64,000 nucleotides of DNA from the human T2T-CHM13v2.0 reference genome, Homo sapiens, in assembly GCF_009914755.1 (NCBI RefSeq), contig NC_060936.1; one strand, 5' to 3'. This document shows, piece after piece, positions 1-16,730 of the stretch (position 1 is the first letter of the stretch; each line of letters starts with the position of its first letter). The position numbers and the translations under genes are program-made. The notes beneath the pieces were generated by a model. That model was not told where the DNA came from, did not search any database, and was given only the letters and a program-made list of their open reading frames with translations.

Positions 1-821
1 TTGCTTTACAGAGATGTAAATCTGCACACTCAGTGTGATGGGAAGCAGCTGAACTCTAAGATGCCATTTGTCATTGACATGGGAAATAATGTTTTCCATT
101 CTCATTATGGACCCAGGAGCAGGAAAGAAGCTGAATGTGGGGATGGAAAATGTAAGTGCTCAAACCCACCACTTCTCATTCTAATTTTCTCCTGTTCCTT
201 CAGGATGAAAAGCACAAAATCAAAAAGCACTAAATCACAGAAATAGTCCATACATTATTTTAGCCACTATATGCTAATCTAGGTCCACAAAATAGGGTGC
301 ACTGAAACTAGGAAAGGAGAAGGCTAACCTGTCCAAGCGAAGGTCAGCCGTGAACACTTACTGCCTTTAACAAGTGACTGTGTGCTTTCAACACAGTCTA
401 GATGGCAGCCAATGGCTTCTCTCACCACAGCTTGTCCTAGTCATCTGAGTTTTACTTCTGGGAGAAATCTACAGAGGAAGACAAAAAGTAGAGATACTTC
501 CTTATCTCTGGTACCAGCACAATTCGCTTGAACTTTTCAATACTCTGGCCACATACTGAGGCACAGTAGAGTTCAACCCTAAGAAGCCCCAGGGGTCATT
601 CCTGGGGAGCACTAGTCTAAAGCCAGTCATATAATGGCTCAATGTGGTTAAGAAGTGCAAGCAGGGTGTTAACTGGCACACCATAAAAATCATGAGAAAC
701 AAATGTGATGTCAGTGATAAATAAGGGTAGAACTAGGATCTATCTGCAAAATAATGAAGATGTGCTTGGCAAAGGAAGAAGGCAGTCTCCTTGGTTCTCA
801 GGGAAAGGATATTTTGGTGAG

Positions 822-3553
<2,732 letters not shown>

Positions 3554-4329
3554 GTGAGGACTCTTCTAAAAGGCTGAAAAAGCTCTTTCTCAATTCTGTC
3601 TCTATATACCTCCAAGTAGCTTCTTGCGACTGATCGCATTCACTTTGGATAATCTGCACCTGAGCTCTGCTTTTATTAGTACAGGCGGTGAAAGTCAATT
3701 GTATTAACAAATATTCCAAGGAAAAAATAACTGAGAGAGAATTCAGTGAGGAACCTGGTTTTTCTGTGAGAGAATTTTGAGTGTTTAGTCAATTCAGCCC
3801 ATTAGCCTGAACTAAATATTAAATAAAGAGATTGCAGTTTATCTGATGACTGCTGGACCACAAAAGCACTGAGTGGAAATCCAAATTCAATTTTAGACAA
3901 ACCTGGAGATAAGGTATTGCACAGTTTCCTGAAGTTAATAGAATGTCACGTATAACTGCCCCACACGTGGGCCAACCAGTAGTGACCACTGTGCTTCTCA
4001 TACCTGTGGATAAAGGTCTAATAGAAGTTGCTGCTGAATCTACATTAATCAATATATAAAGTTATTAATACCCAGAAAAATTAGAGGAAATAGAAATATT
4101 ATAAAGAGTTATCTAAGTTCAACAATATTGCCTCTATTTTAAAACAGAAAATATAGAAAGTTTAGTATTTTAAAACTTTAACTGAAGATTAAAAACATAT
4201 GTTCATAATAACATTGATGAATAGCAATAGCTACTGTGTGTTTTATATTTTTTATAAGTTCTCCACATATCATTTATCAAAAATAGCCCATATTTGTTAG
4301 CACTTTACTGATTTAAAGTGTTGTCAGAA

Positions 4330-4500
4330 AAGTTCAGTCATTTAGTGCTCATGAAATCTTGAAAGATAGGTATTATTACCATCTCAGCCATTTTCCTGAG
4401 GAAACCAAGACTCCATGATGGTTCATTATTTTCCCTTATTCCTACAGGCAAGTATCAATGGCAGCACCAAGATTCACACAAAAGGTCTTTGATTCCCAAA
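4330..4500 (-). mobile_element. MIR fragment
   Basis: aggtattattaccatc...ctgaggaaaccaagact resembles the MIR core. Confidence 0.6.
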
Positions 4501-6054
4501 TCCTTTGAAACTTTCCAATTCTGCCTTTTTCTGTAAAACCTCAAAACATAATTTTACACAAATGAAACTGATGATTGAAGAGTCTCCCCATATGCAAGGC
4601 ATATTTCATTCATTCATATTTCATTTCATTCATTATCATAGATAATGAATGCAATTGTCTTATTTTGTATGTATGAGCGAGTGAGAAAGAGACAGGCAGA
4701 TAGAGAGAGAGAAACACATAGAGAAGCCATTTAAAGGAGAAGGAAGAATGACCTTATTTCATCCTTCATGCCTTTCTCTGCAATGCCTCCTGCCCTGTCC
4801 ACTTTTTTAAAACCATTTTTCTGTCTTAAAACTACCCATTGCCCTTGCCAAACACCAAAGCTAATTAGTTAGCACTTTCTGAAATCCATAAAATGGTGGT
4901 CCTTGACATTAAATAGTTTTTGCTGAAAACTACTTTGATAAAGAGGTTTCTGATGTTAAAATACTGCTTTTTCTTGGGTTACCCAAGCACAATGCAGACT
5001 TAATGTTTTTTATAATTTAAAATATTTTAAGGTATATCATATGCATAGGACAAAGTGTCAGAGTATCTTGCTGTTACTTACATATGTAGTAAGTTAAAAC
5101 ATGTAGTGCAAAGATGGCAAGGAGTTTAAATTTCAAGCCTACTCCAACTAAGTGGTAGTTGCTACCTGTAACACCATGTTGTAAACTACTCTGAGGCCAG
5201 ACCAGGACCAATGACAGGGAGTCCAGAGATGGATTAACAATGCCTGTCATGGCTTCAGGAATGGGGAGTGGCACTTACTTCCCATCCTAAAGTTATTATA
5301 TCTTGCCAGGCTTAGAAATAAAATATTAAAATGTCTTTCATTAAAAGGCAAGTTCATAATTTACATGCCAGTCTATAAAGAGAATCACATACTTATTTCT
5401 AACTCCCTGAGTTGGACTTCTTGGATGGGAAGTGAGGGTTTTAATCAATGGCATGTTGGGTAATTTTAGAGCCTGAGACAGCCTAGTCTGACATCTGACT
5501 GGGTGTGTTTCAGTGTTTCAGTACGTGGGCAGTAAAGCAGAGATGTTGGGAACAGAAAAAGGAAAGGGAAGAAGTGTACTTCAAGACTGACCAGGATATT
5601 CAGAAGTTTGCTAAACGCTGAGAATATCTGACCTGGGTTTGTCACATCAAAGTTCAATACATCTGGCCAGACCAAGTGTATAGTGTCACTCCTCCACTCC
5701 CACCTCCATTCCTGCCATCTGTCCCTGGGTTCTCTCTCAAATTCACCTGTGGCCCTGTTTGAAGACAGGAGACATTCACCCTAAAGTTCTTACATTAATA
5801 CTGAAATGCAAAACAGCTTACTTAATTAAACAAAAACTGCAAATAACTTTTATTATTTTCCTACTGTCATTTCATTAGGTCCATTCAATTTTGGTATACT
5901 TTTCTGAAACTGCCTGCATTTGTGGAGTTAATCTTTAGCATTCTTATTGGTTTGGACAGAGTTGGTTATTTGTTTGTAGTATCTTAACACCTAGAAGACA
6001 AACAACATAAATGAAAAGCTGAATGAATATCAACCCCTGCCGCCCACACACCTC

Positions 6055-6203
6055 CACTGTGTAGATAAAGAAGCTGTGGCACATCAGGTTAAAGCAACTT
6101 GTCCCAGGTCACACTGTTAGCAAAAGGTAAGCTGAGATGTAAGCCCAGACAATCTAATGTCAGAGCCTGAGCTCTGAACACTCTGCTTACTATGCTGCCT
6201 CTC
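6055..6203 (-). mobile_element. MIR
   Basis: aggttaaagcaacttgtcccaggtcacac...gctgagat...cccagacaatct, MIR 5'/core. Confidence 0.75.
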
Positions 6204-6664
6204 TAAATAGGGGATAGAGTATTGCCCTTAGAAAGTTAAGCTATGAAATCAGCACAGAAATATGCAAAATCTCCCCAAGCAGGCAACATGACCATCTGGC
6301 CAGAGTAGACCTTCCCTGTAAACTCATTAGAGTTATTAATGTGATAATCTTAAAAGGGTAGTTGGTCAACCATGGAACACAGAAAAATGAGAGTCCCAGA
6401 GACAAAGACTAACAGTGCATGTGCAGTGCTAATCAGGGGAGAGAAGCATTTGGTTACCAGGCAAAAACATTAGGGCGGCTTCGCTGGTACCCCTGTAGTG
6501 GAGAAAAGAGCCTCTAGTTATTTTAGTTGAGGTGTATTTCTTTAGATCAATCAACTCTCTTTAATCTAATTTATGCTTACCAGGTAAATGCCTGATTAGT
6601 TTGCCTATAGGGAGGCTCTAGGCATTCAAGTATTTTGGTAACATACTAAAGTAGCATTCTCTGA

Positions 6665-6840
6665 ATAAAGTATGGACTTTAATTAATGTTAATGTATCAG
6701 TATTGGTTCATTGATTGTAACAAATGTGCCACCCTAAAGTAAGATGTTAATAATAGGGGAAGCTGGGTGTGGAGTATGTGGGAATTCTCTGTACCATCTT
6801 TAATTTTTCTGTAAATCAGACTGTTGTAAAAAATAAAGGC
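6665..6840 (+). mobile_element. Old L1M (L1MC/MD-type) 3' end
   Basis: tatggacttt...aatgtatcagtattggttcatt..tgtaacaaatgt..accctaa..aagatgttaataatagggga...aaaaataaag. Confidence 0.75.
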
Positions 6841-7562
6841 CATTACATAATAATAATAAAGTAGGATTCTGCTTAAACACCAGTCTGTTTGTTTGTTTAG
6901 TGTGCTATTTCCCTGAACATTTACTCTACTTTCAGAAAACACAGCATCAGAAGTGGAGGGCCAACATATAACAGAACCCGCTAAAGTAAAGGCTATGTCA
7001 TAAGGGCTATAACATTGTCAGCTGGTCAACCTTCCCTGGTGAAATGCCTTCACTTTCATAAGCTACCTTTGTAACTTTAATATGGCTCAAGATAGGGCCA
7101 AGGCAGGCAGGTGCAAGATCCTTGATGCTTCATCTTGCTGTTAAACTACAGCATTGTAAATTCTTAAGCAATTCATCCTAAAATTAGGAGTGATGAGGCT
7201 GAGCTTACATATGGGTACTTGTGACTTGAAAAGTTAGTTGTAGAACAAGATGAAAAATTGAAAACAGGGGAAACCTAGTCCCTACTAACTGGGTGGTATT
7301 GGACAAGTCATTTACTGCTCTGAGCCTAAATTTTTCATATAAAGAATTGTAGATTACTTACGCCACTCATCTATAGAGCCTTTATAAGGATCAAAATCCA
7401 TACGAAATTCTTTTCTAAAGTGTATGTAACTACACAAACCTTAGTGTTGCTACCATAGATCTTGAGTATAGTGACAGCTCTCTTGTACGCAGTACTTACC
7501 ACAAGCCGTGTGCTGTTCCAAGCATATTTTGTATATTAACTCATTTCATGCTCACAATAATC

Positions 7563-8001
7563 CTGTAGCAAATTCTGTGACGTGTCACCCCAAAACTGAC
7601 CACAGGATCAAGACCCTTATTTCCCCAGCTATTTAATACAGTGTTGGCGAATGACCACTCAGAGCTGAGTTGCTCTCCAGAAGTTGCTTTCAGCCAAAGG
7701 AACTGCCTCATTCAAGGTTATGAGCCCTCACTGTGGGTAGTCCACTTCCAATGCCTAGTTGTTGCGGGTGAGAGAGGGCAAAGCCTCAGCTTCCTTGCCT
7801 TATTATGAGACCGCTCTCTAAAGGGCCATCCAGCTCCCCAGCTTCCATGGTGGGCTGAGGCCTCTGTTGCACCTGCATCTCTTCCCCATCCTGCTCCTCT
7901 CCCCCTGTTACAGCGCTATTCCTCAGAAGCTTCCCCAGTGAGCCATCTACACACAATGGTCTGTCCTCAGAGCCTGCTTTTGGGAGCATTGAACATAAGA
8001 C
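7563..8001 (+). mobile_element. LTR16-like solo ERVL LTR inside a MIR
   Basis: Ends ...cacacaatggtctgtcctcagagcctgcttttgggagcattgaacataagac like the LTR16 3' end; MIR sequence at 7490-7562 resumes at ~8863-8950. Confidence 0.7.
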
Positions 8002-8049
8002 GGGTGCTATGGAGTACTGTCATTTCCTTTTTAAAAAACGTTTATTTTA

Positions 8050-8860
<811 letters not shown>

Positions 8861-9282
8861 GTATTATCCTGATTGTCAAGAGGTATAGTAACTTACCTGA
8901 GTTCATGTGGCTAGTAAATAGCAGAGCCAAGATCTGAGAGCAGGCCATCTAGAAAATGTTTTTACTGTGACATTTGGCACAGGCATCTCTCTCAGTGAAT
9001 AGACTGTGTCGGATGTGTTGTTTGATTAATGTCTGTGCTAGAAGCAGAACCCAAGGACATGGGTATTGGTTGCAGTCACAACTTCAATGGAAGAGAAAAG
9101 CTACTCTGGAAAAACAGTGAGATAAATTTAAATATGAATATTTGGGGGTTAATCCAGGATGGAGGAGATGAGAAGAGAGAGTGAAGGGAGATGTGGGGCA
9201 ATTTAACTGAGGGAGTGCTGTGGGCTGTGTGATGTGTTTCTCCCTGTGACATGCCTTCCCGCAAATGTCTTCAGTAAAATCT

Positions 9283-9586
<304 letters not shown>

Positions 9587-9618
9587 AAAATCTACCCAAC
9601 GTGGGAAAAGTTAGACAT

Positions 9619-10076
9619 TGTATTTATTTGTTAGGGCTGCCATAGCAAAGTACCACAAACTGAATGGCTTCAACAACAAAAATGTATTGCCACAGTTCTG
9701 GAGGTTAAAAGTTCAAGATCAAAGTGTTGGCAGGGTGGGGTCCTTCCTAGGGTGGTGAAGGAAGGATGTGTTTCATGCCTGTCTTTTAGCATCTGATGGC
9801 TTCCCTGCAATCTTTGATATTCCTTGCTGTATAAACACATCACTGATCTCTGCTTCATCTTCCCGTGGCGTTCTCCCTGTGTCTGTGTTCATATTTCCTC
9901 TTTGTATAAAGGCAACAGTCATACTGGTTTAGAGGCCCACATTAACCCAGTATGACCTCATCTTAACTATTTATATCTGCAACAACTCTATTTCCAAATA
10001 GGGTCACATTCTGAGATACTAGGGGTTAGGACCTCACCATATAAATTTTTGTGGCACATAATCTAATTCATAATCA
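9619..10076 (-). mobile_element. MLT1C-like solo MaLR LTR
   Basis: agggctgccatagcaaagtaccacaaactg...tttccaaatagggtcacattctgagatactaggggttaggac. Confidence 0.85.
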
Positions 10077-10285
10077 ATGTAGATTAGATTTCTTGTGCAA
10101 ATGTGTGAAAGGATTGGGTTCTACATCTGAGTGAATGTGGTGACAAACAGAGACAACTTATCTACCATGAGATGAGGACAGTAAGATTATGAGTCCTGGG
10201 AGATAGGTAGAGGGGTCTACAGCTCTCTCAAGTTGAAAAATTGGAATTAGAGGCAAGCCTACATGTGTCTCAAGCAGTGACAGAC

Positions 10286-11111
<826 letters not shown>

Positions 11112-11529
11112 AAGACCTAGCTAAAATCTGGATGATAATGGCTTAAAATGAAGTAAATTCAAGGGTCACTATCAATTGCCTCTCCAATATGAACTTAAGA
11201 CCTTATAGAACCAACTCTATCCTTTTAACCTCCCCAAAAGATCATCTACTCTTGTAAATCTTCAGGTCCATTAAAAGGAATTACTTCTCCTATTTCTTTT
11301 ACATGCTTTGATATGTCTAATACACAAGGAAATAGCTTACTGGAGATTGATTATTAGATTACTAGATTTCTGTAAGGGAGGTCATAGTACCTAGACCACT
11401 TGTGAAAATATACAATTTTTTATGATGCAGCACTGCTATGGCAAGACAAATACAGATAATTTTTCTTGATATCTGACTTAAAGAAAGGCTGAGAGTACAA
11501 GTAAAATAGTGCTATATAGTATAAAATTT

Positions 11530-11765
11530 TCTACTCAAATTACCTGAGCTAAATCCACCTCTGGCATTTACTAGCTGTGTGACTTTGAGCAATTTATTTG
11601 CTGTTTCTGTGACTCGGTTCCCTTGTCTGTTAAATGGGGATAATAATAATAATAGACCCCATCTCAATGGGCTCTTATGAGAATTAAAGGACTTAAGGGA
11701 GTAAGACACTTAGAATGCTGGCTCTCATGTAGTAAGCTCTTGATCAATGGCAGCTATTATAGTAT
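11530..11765 (+). mobile_element. MIR
   Basis: tttactagctgtgtgactttgagcaa...taaatggggataataata. Confidence 0.85.
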
Positions 11766-12255
11766 TGTCAAAATAGCAACTGTCTTTCACACGACCAAAA
11801 TGTTTTGCCACTGGCGCAGTTATAAGATAGGCTCAAAATAAGCACAACTCTTAAAATTAAGTAGAACAGAGGAAATGTTCTGCTTGCAGACTTATTTTGA
11901 CTGTTGGATGAAATTTAAATCACTGGTCAGGGGCCAGACAATATTCACCAAATACTTAGGCCATTTTACATATTTCAGATAAAAATTGCCCAAGCCCAGT
12001 CTCTATATCATCAGCCAAGGCAACTGCATACTTATAAATAAAACTTCTTGGCTCAAGCCTCTGATGATAATAATTTAATTATATGTTTAGTCCATTAACA
12101 TCATCAAATAAAAATTCTGATTGCTTAAGAATATAAATTATATGAAAATCTGGCTCTCTGGAAACAAAACAAAACAAACAAACAAAAAAGAATATAAATA
12201 CCAAGCCAACATGCAATTTCAGAGTAACCATTATCTTTTTCTCATTTTAAAAATG

Positions 12256-13584
12256 TTTTGATAGAATGATTTATTTTCTTTGGCTATAAACCAGTAATGG
12301 GATTGCTGGGTCAAATGGTAGCTCTGCTTTAAGCACTTTGAGAAGACTCCAAACTGATTTCCATAATGGCTGAACTAACTTACATTCCCACCAACAGTGT
12401 ATGAGCATCCCTTTTCTCTGCAGCCTCGCCAGCATCTGTTGTTTTTTGACTTTTTAATAATAGCATTCTGACTGGTGTGAGATGGTACCTCATTGTGGTT
12501 TGATTTGCATTTCTCTGATGATGAGTAATGATTAGCTTTTTTCATATATTCATGGGTTCTTGTATGTCTTCTTTTGATAAATGTCTGTTCATATCATTTG
12601 CCCATTGTTTAATGGGGTTAATTTGTTTTTTGCTTGTTGATTTAAGTTCCCTATAGATTCTACGTATTAGGCCTTTTTCAGATGCATAGTTTGTGAATAT
12701 CTTCTCCCACTCTATAGGTTGTCTGTTTACTCTGCCGATAGTTTCTTTTGCTGTGCAGAAGCTCTTTAGTTTAACTAAGTCCCACTTGTCAATTTTTGTT
12801 TTTGTTGCAATTGCTTCTGAGAACTTAGCCAAAAATTATTTGCCAAGGCCAATATCAAGAAGAGTATTTCCTAAGTTGTCTTCTAGGATTTTTATATTTT
12901 GAGATCTTATGTATAAATCTTTGATCCATTTTGAGTTGATTTTTTTACATGATAAAAGGTAGGGGTCCAGCTTCAATCTTCTGCATAGGGCTAGCCAATA
13001 CCCCAGAACCATTTATTGATTAATGAGTCCTTTCCCCATTGTTTTTGTTGGTCTCGTCGAAGACAAATCGTTATAGGTGTGTGGCTTTATTTCTGAGTTT
13101 TCTATTCTGTTCTATTGGTCCGTACGTCTGTTTTTGTACCAGTACCATGCTGTTTTGATTACTGTATGTTCACTGCTGTGCTATTCACAATAGCAAAAAC
13201 TTGGAATCAACCCAGGTTCCCATCAATGGCAGACTGAATAAATAAAAGGTGGTACATATACACCAAGGAATACTATGCAGCCAAAAAAATGAAATCGTGC
13301 CCTTTGCTGCAACATGGATGCAATTGGAGGCCATAATCCTAAGCAAATTAATGAAGAAACAGAAAGCCGAATATTGCATGTTCTCACTTACAAGCGGGAG
13401 CCAAACAATGAGCACACATGAACACAAATATGAGAATAGACACCATGGACTTCTGAGGGGGTAGGAAAAAAGGAAAAAAGGGTAAAAAACTACCTGTTGG
13501 GTACTCAGCATCACACAAAATTCCCATGTAACAAACCTTCACATGTATCGCCTGTATCAAAAATAAAAGTAAAAATTAAAAAAA
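12256..13584 (+). mobile_element. Old L1PA with 5' inversion (twin priming): inverted part 12256-13166, sense 3' part 13164-13584
   Basis: The minus segment starts at rc(gaaaataaatcattctatcaaaa). The plus segment starts a few bases further along the L1 consensus (gtatgttcactgc..ctattcacaatagc) and runs to aataaaa and an A tail. Confidence 0.85.
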
Positions 13585-14509
13585 TATATATCTTGGGGGA
13601 GAAAATAATGACACCTCATAGACAATAACTGTTATGAGAAGAATTGGGATCCATTTAAAAATTACACTGCTAGATTGAGTTTAAACAAGATTATAAAAGA
13701 CAGAGATCTGATTTATTCACCAAGTTTGACCGTTAAAGAAAACCCCAACATGATGGGGCTCCTATCTTAGCAAAACCTGCCCATTACCTCAGCTTTATAA
13801 ATCCCATCACATAGAAGACAACAGAGGTTCTGCAACTGCAAAATGAGAAAATAAAAATATGTTTTTCAGGGCACCATTGAAGAATCAAGGAGAGATAATT
13901 TATATAAAAGCAACCTGAAAACTATAAAATGTATATGTCATAGCTATTATTATACTTATAAAGGGAGTTATGAGTTCTCAATAAGTACTAGATACTATTA
14001 TGTGAAAACAAAATATAGTACAATGTTCAAAAGAAGTTATATTTGTGTACCACTTAAGAGTTTACAGGACATTTTTATATTTATTATATCTGTTCACTCT
14101 CATACTATCTCTGAAGGAAGGCAGGCAGGCAGTCATAGTTATATTTGTTTACCAAGAATAACTCTGAAGCTCAAGATAACATACATGGCAAAGCCAAGAC
14201 TAAAGCATTCATTTTCTTTTGTGATCTCAGATCATGGCTCTTTTGTGCTTCTTTCAAAAAAAGGGATATACATGTGTGTTACCTTGAGCTTTAATCTCTA
14301 AACTTAACTTCACTGGCCATATCTTTCTTTTAACAGTAAAGTAAAAATAGCATGAGCTAGCTCCCCTCCTTTTTAAGTGAAAAGCATCTCAGAAGTATGG
14401 AAGAAGCAGCAAAGCCCATGCCACTCCCACAACATCTCACATACTATCTTCCGGGGAGAACTCAAACTAGAACCATTTATTTCAGATAAAGTTTGGCATC
14501 CAGAAGGCC

Positions 14510-15055
14510 GTCATACCACTTAGCTATGCTGCAAAACAAAGCCTCCCAAAACTAAGTGGCTTCACAAGTTTATTATTGCTCACAAGTTTATGGCTCAGCT
14601 GAGCAGTTCTGGCCTCATCTGAGCTCACTTGTGCATCGGTGGTCAGCTGTGGGTTGAGTAAGCAGCTCTGTTGCTCTTGGTTGGACTTTCACACATATCT
14701 GTGGATGGCTAGGTGTAGGCTGCTCTAAGTTGTCCTCCTCTGGGACGGTAGGTCACTTGTGAACTTTCATCCTCCAGGAGGTTACCCCAGGCTTGTTCTT
14801 ACGGCAGCAGCAGGATCCTGAGAGAAGTAACAAAAGTGGGTATGGCCTCTTCAGACCGGGGTGTAGAGCTGGCATGTTGTTCCTTCCACTGCATTCTCTT
14901 GGTAAAAGCAAATCACAGACCATTCCAGAGTCAAGGGCTGGGGAAAGAAATTCCACTTTTTGATATGATAAGCTGCAAAATCACATAGAAAAGGGAATGG
15001 ATGGATATGGGGAGAATTGGAGAATTCGGGTCATCGTTGCAAGCATTCTACTGTA
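14510..15055 (-). mobile_element. MLT1H-like solo LTR
   Basis: tagctatgctgcaaaacaaa..cccaaaactaagtggctt...ttccactgcattctcttggtaaaagcaaatcaca. Confidence 0.75.
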
Positions 15056-15624
15056 GCCATTATTATATCACGGAAGGGGGAACCCTGATATCAGCACACA
15101 TGTTACACATTTGCAGGGATTAGTTGTCATCTTCAGCACGTTACTCAAGCAAGGAATTTGATAATAAATTATAATAATGTATTTCTAACGCATCTTTGTA
15201 TTCCCAGCACCTAGCATAGCATCAGACAAATTCTAAGTATTCCACAAAAAATAATAATGACAAAAGAAATGGGAGTGGAAAAATTACTGTACTAGAAACC
15301 AGGGAATCAGCTGTAGCACAATTCACACAGGACAAATCCCCTGTGCAACTTTGGACGGAAGTGATTTTGCCTCCCCAGGATTTCAAGAGACAGAGTTAAA
15401 CTGGGCATTCTCTAAATCCTTTCTTTTCTTTTTAACTTTCAAAATATTAAGGCTGTAAGAACCCTAGAAATTATGTAGATCCAACCAGTCATTAGCTACA
15501 TGGGGAGACTGAGACTAGGAAAGCTAATCACCTGGCTTGAAAGCACAGGTGGTTCATGTCAGAGATTAGAACTCAGAGCTCATGACCCCCAGCCCAGTAC
15601 CCCATGCACTACTCTAACACATTG

Positions 15625-15790
15625 TTATTCAGAGCGTATTCCATGAGCCAGTAGCATCTGCATCCCTTGGGAGCTTCATAGAAATGCAGAATCTCTCAGC
15701 CTATCCCAGGCCTACTGAATCAGAATCTGGATTTTTTTTTTTACAAGGCTCTCAGGTAATTAATATGTGTATTAAAGTTGGAGAATCTCT
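15625..15790. mobile_element. MER5A hAT MITE
   Basis: tgggagctt..tagaaatgcagaatctc...cctactgaatcagaatctg. Confidence 0.85.
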
Positions 15791-16640
15791 ACGTTTCCCG
15801 GTAAATGCTTAAGGGCTGAAAAACTAAAATAATGTATTTCGTTAAGGGAATATTCCGTTGCATATCTTAATACCAAAACCTTTTTTTCTATGCCCCTCTC
15901 ACTAATTCATTTAACAAATATCCCCTGAGTGCTTACTGTATATGAGGTGTTGCACAAACCTAAAGGGAAGGCTCTTGCCCTCCTGGGGCTCACGTGTCAC
16001 AGGGGAGTCAAAGCTCCTTCCTCTTTCCCTGCATCCTCCTTTCTCCCTCTATGCCCTCCTTTTGCCCTTTACCTTCCCAACCTCCTCTCACTTCCCGTTG
16101 TAATAATTCCTGACTAGGATCTATCTCATTTCTGAAGTCGTTGGTTTAAGAGCAAAGCATTTTATTCATTTGAAATTCCAGTTTCAGAATAGTGATTTAA
16201 AATGTTGGAAAAATTTGACTTGGCTGACTTCCAAGCAGCTTACATTATAACATCAGCATGACCCTAAAACCATGTATAAAGAAGACTAAAGCACTCAGAA
16301 CACTTTGGGGGGAATACTCTATGAATACACTACAGGTTAGTCATACACTTTAGTTTTAATTTTTTTCTAATGCAGTCTTTTCTCTGGGAAGATATAAGTT
16401 TGGAAAGCTGAGATACGGGAACAAAACGACGAAGAGATTTTTTTTTCCTGAAATATTTAGCTGGCACATCTGCATGTATAATAAAACATTTATTTTCTCA
16501 TTGAGAAGGAAAGGAAAAATGTTAAATATCAACAGATTATTTTCATTCAAGAACCTTGTATGAAACACAGACAAACAGAAATCTAGTAAGTTAACTTTTT
16601 TTTTAATTAAAATAATGCCAGATACAAAGTTAACTATTTT

Positions 16641-16730
16641 CTGATGAGTAACGCAGGATGGAGTCTTTGCAATAAACAGCTGGACCACAAGTCGTGGTGA
16701 CGTGATGCTGCTCAATTTCACTGAGGCTTA
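16641..16730. promoter_or_regulatory. Candidate enhancer: dense transcription-factor motif cluster in non-repeat DNA
   Basis: AP-1-like TGAGTAA 16645, C/EBP-like TTTGCAAT 16666, E-box CAGCTG 16677, inverted RUNX-like pair ACCACA..CGTGGT 16684-16698, CRE-like TGACGTGA 16698; CpGs retained locally. Confidence 0.4.

Noticed and set aside
152-203. GTAAGT...CAG as a mini-intron
   Set aside because: At 52 nt it is below the usual human minimum intron length.
16641-16724. Box C/D snoRNA-like layout (TGATGA ... CTGG - stem - GTGATGC ... CTGA)
   Set aside because: No terminal stem, box C lacks the leading purine, and I see no rRNA or snRNA complementarity. An Rfam/snoscan search would be needed to revive it.
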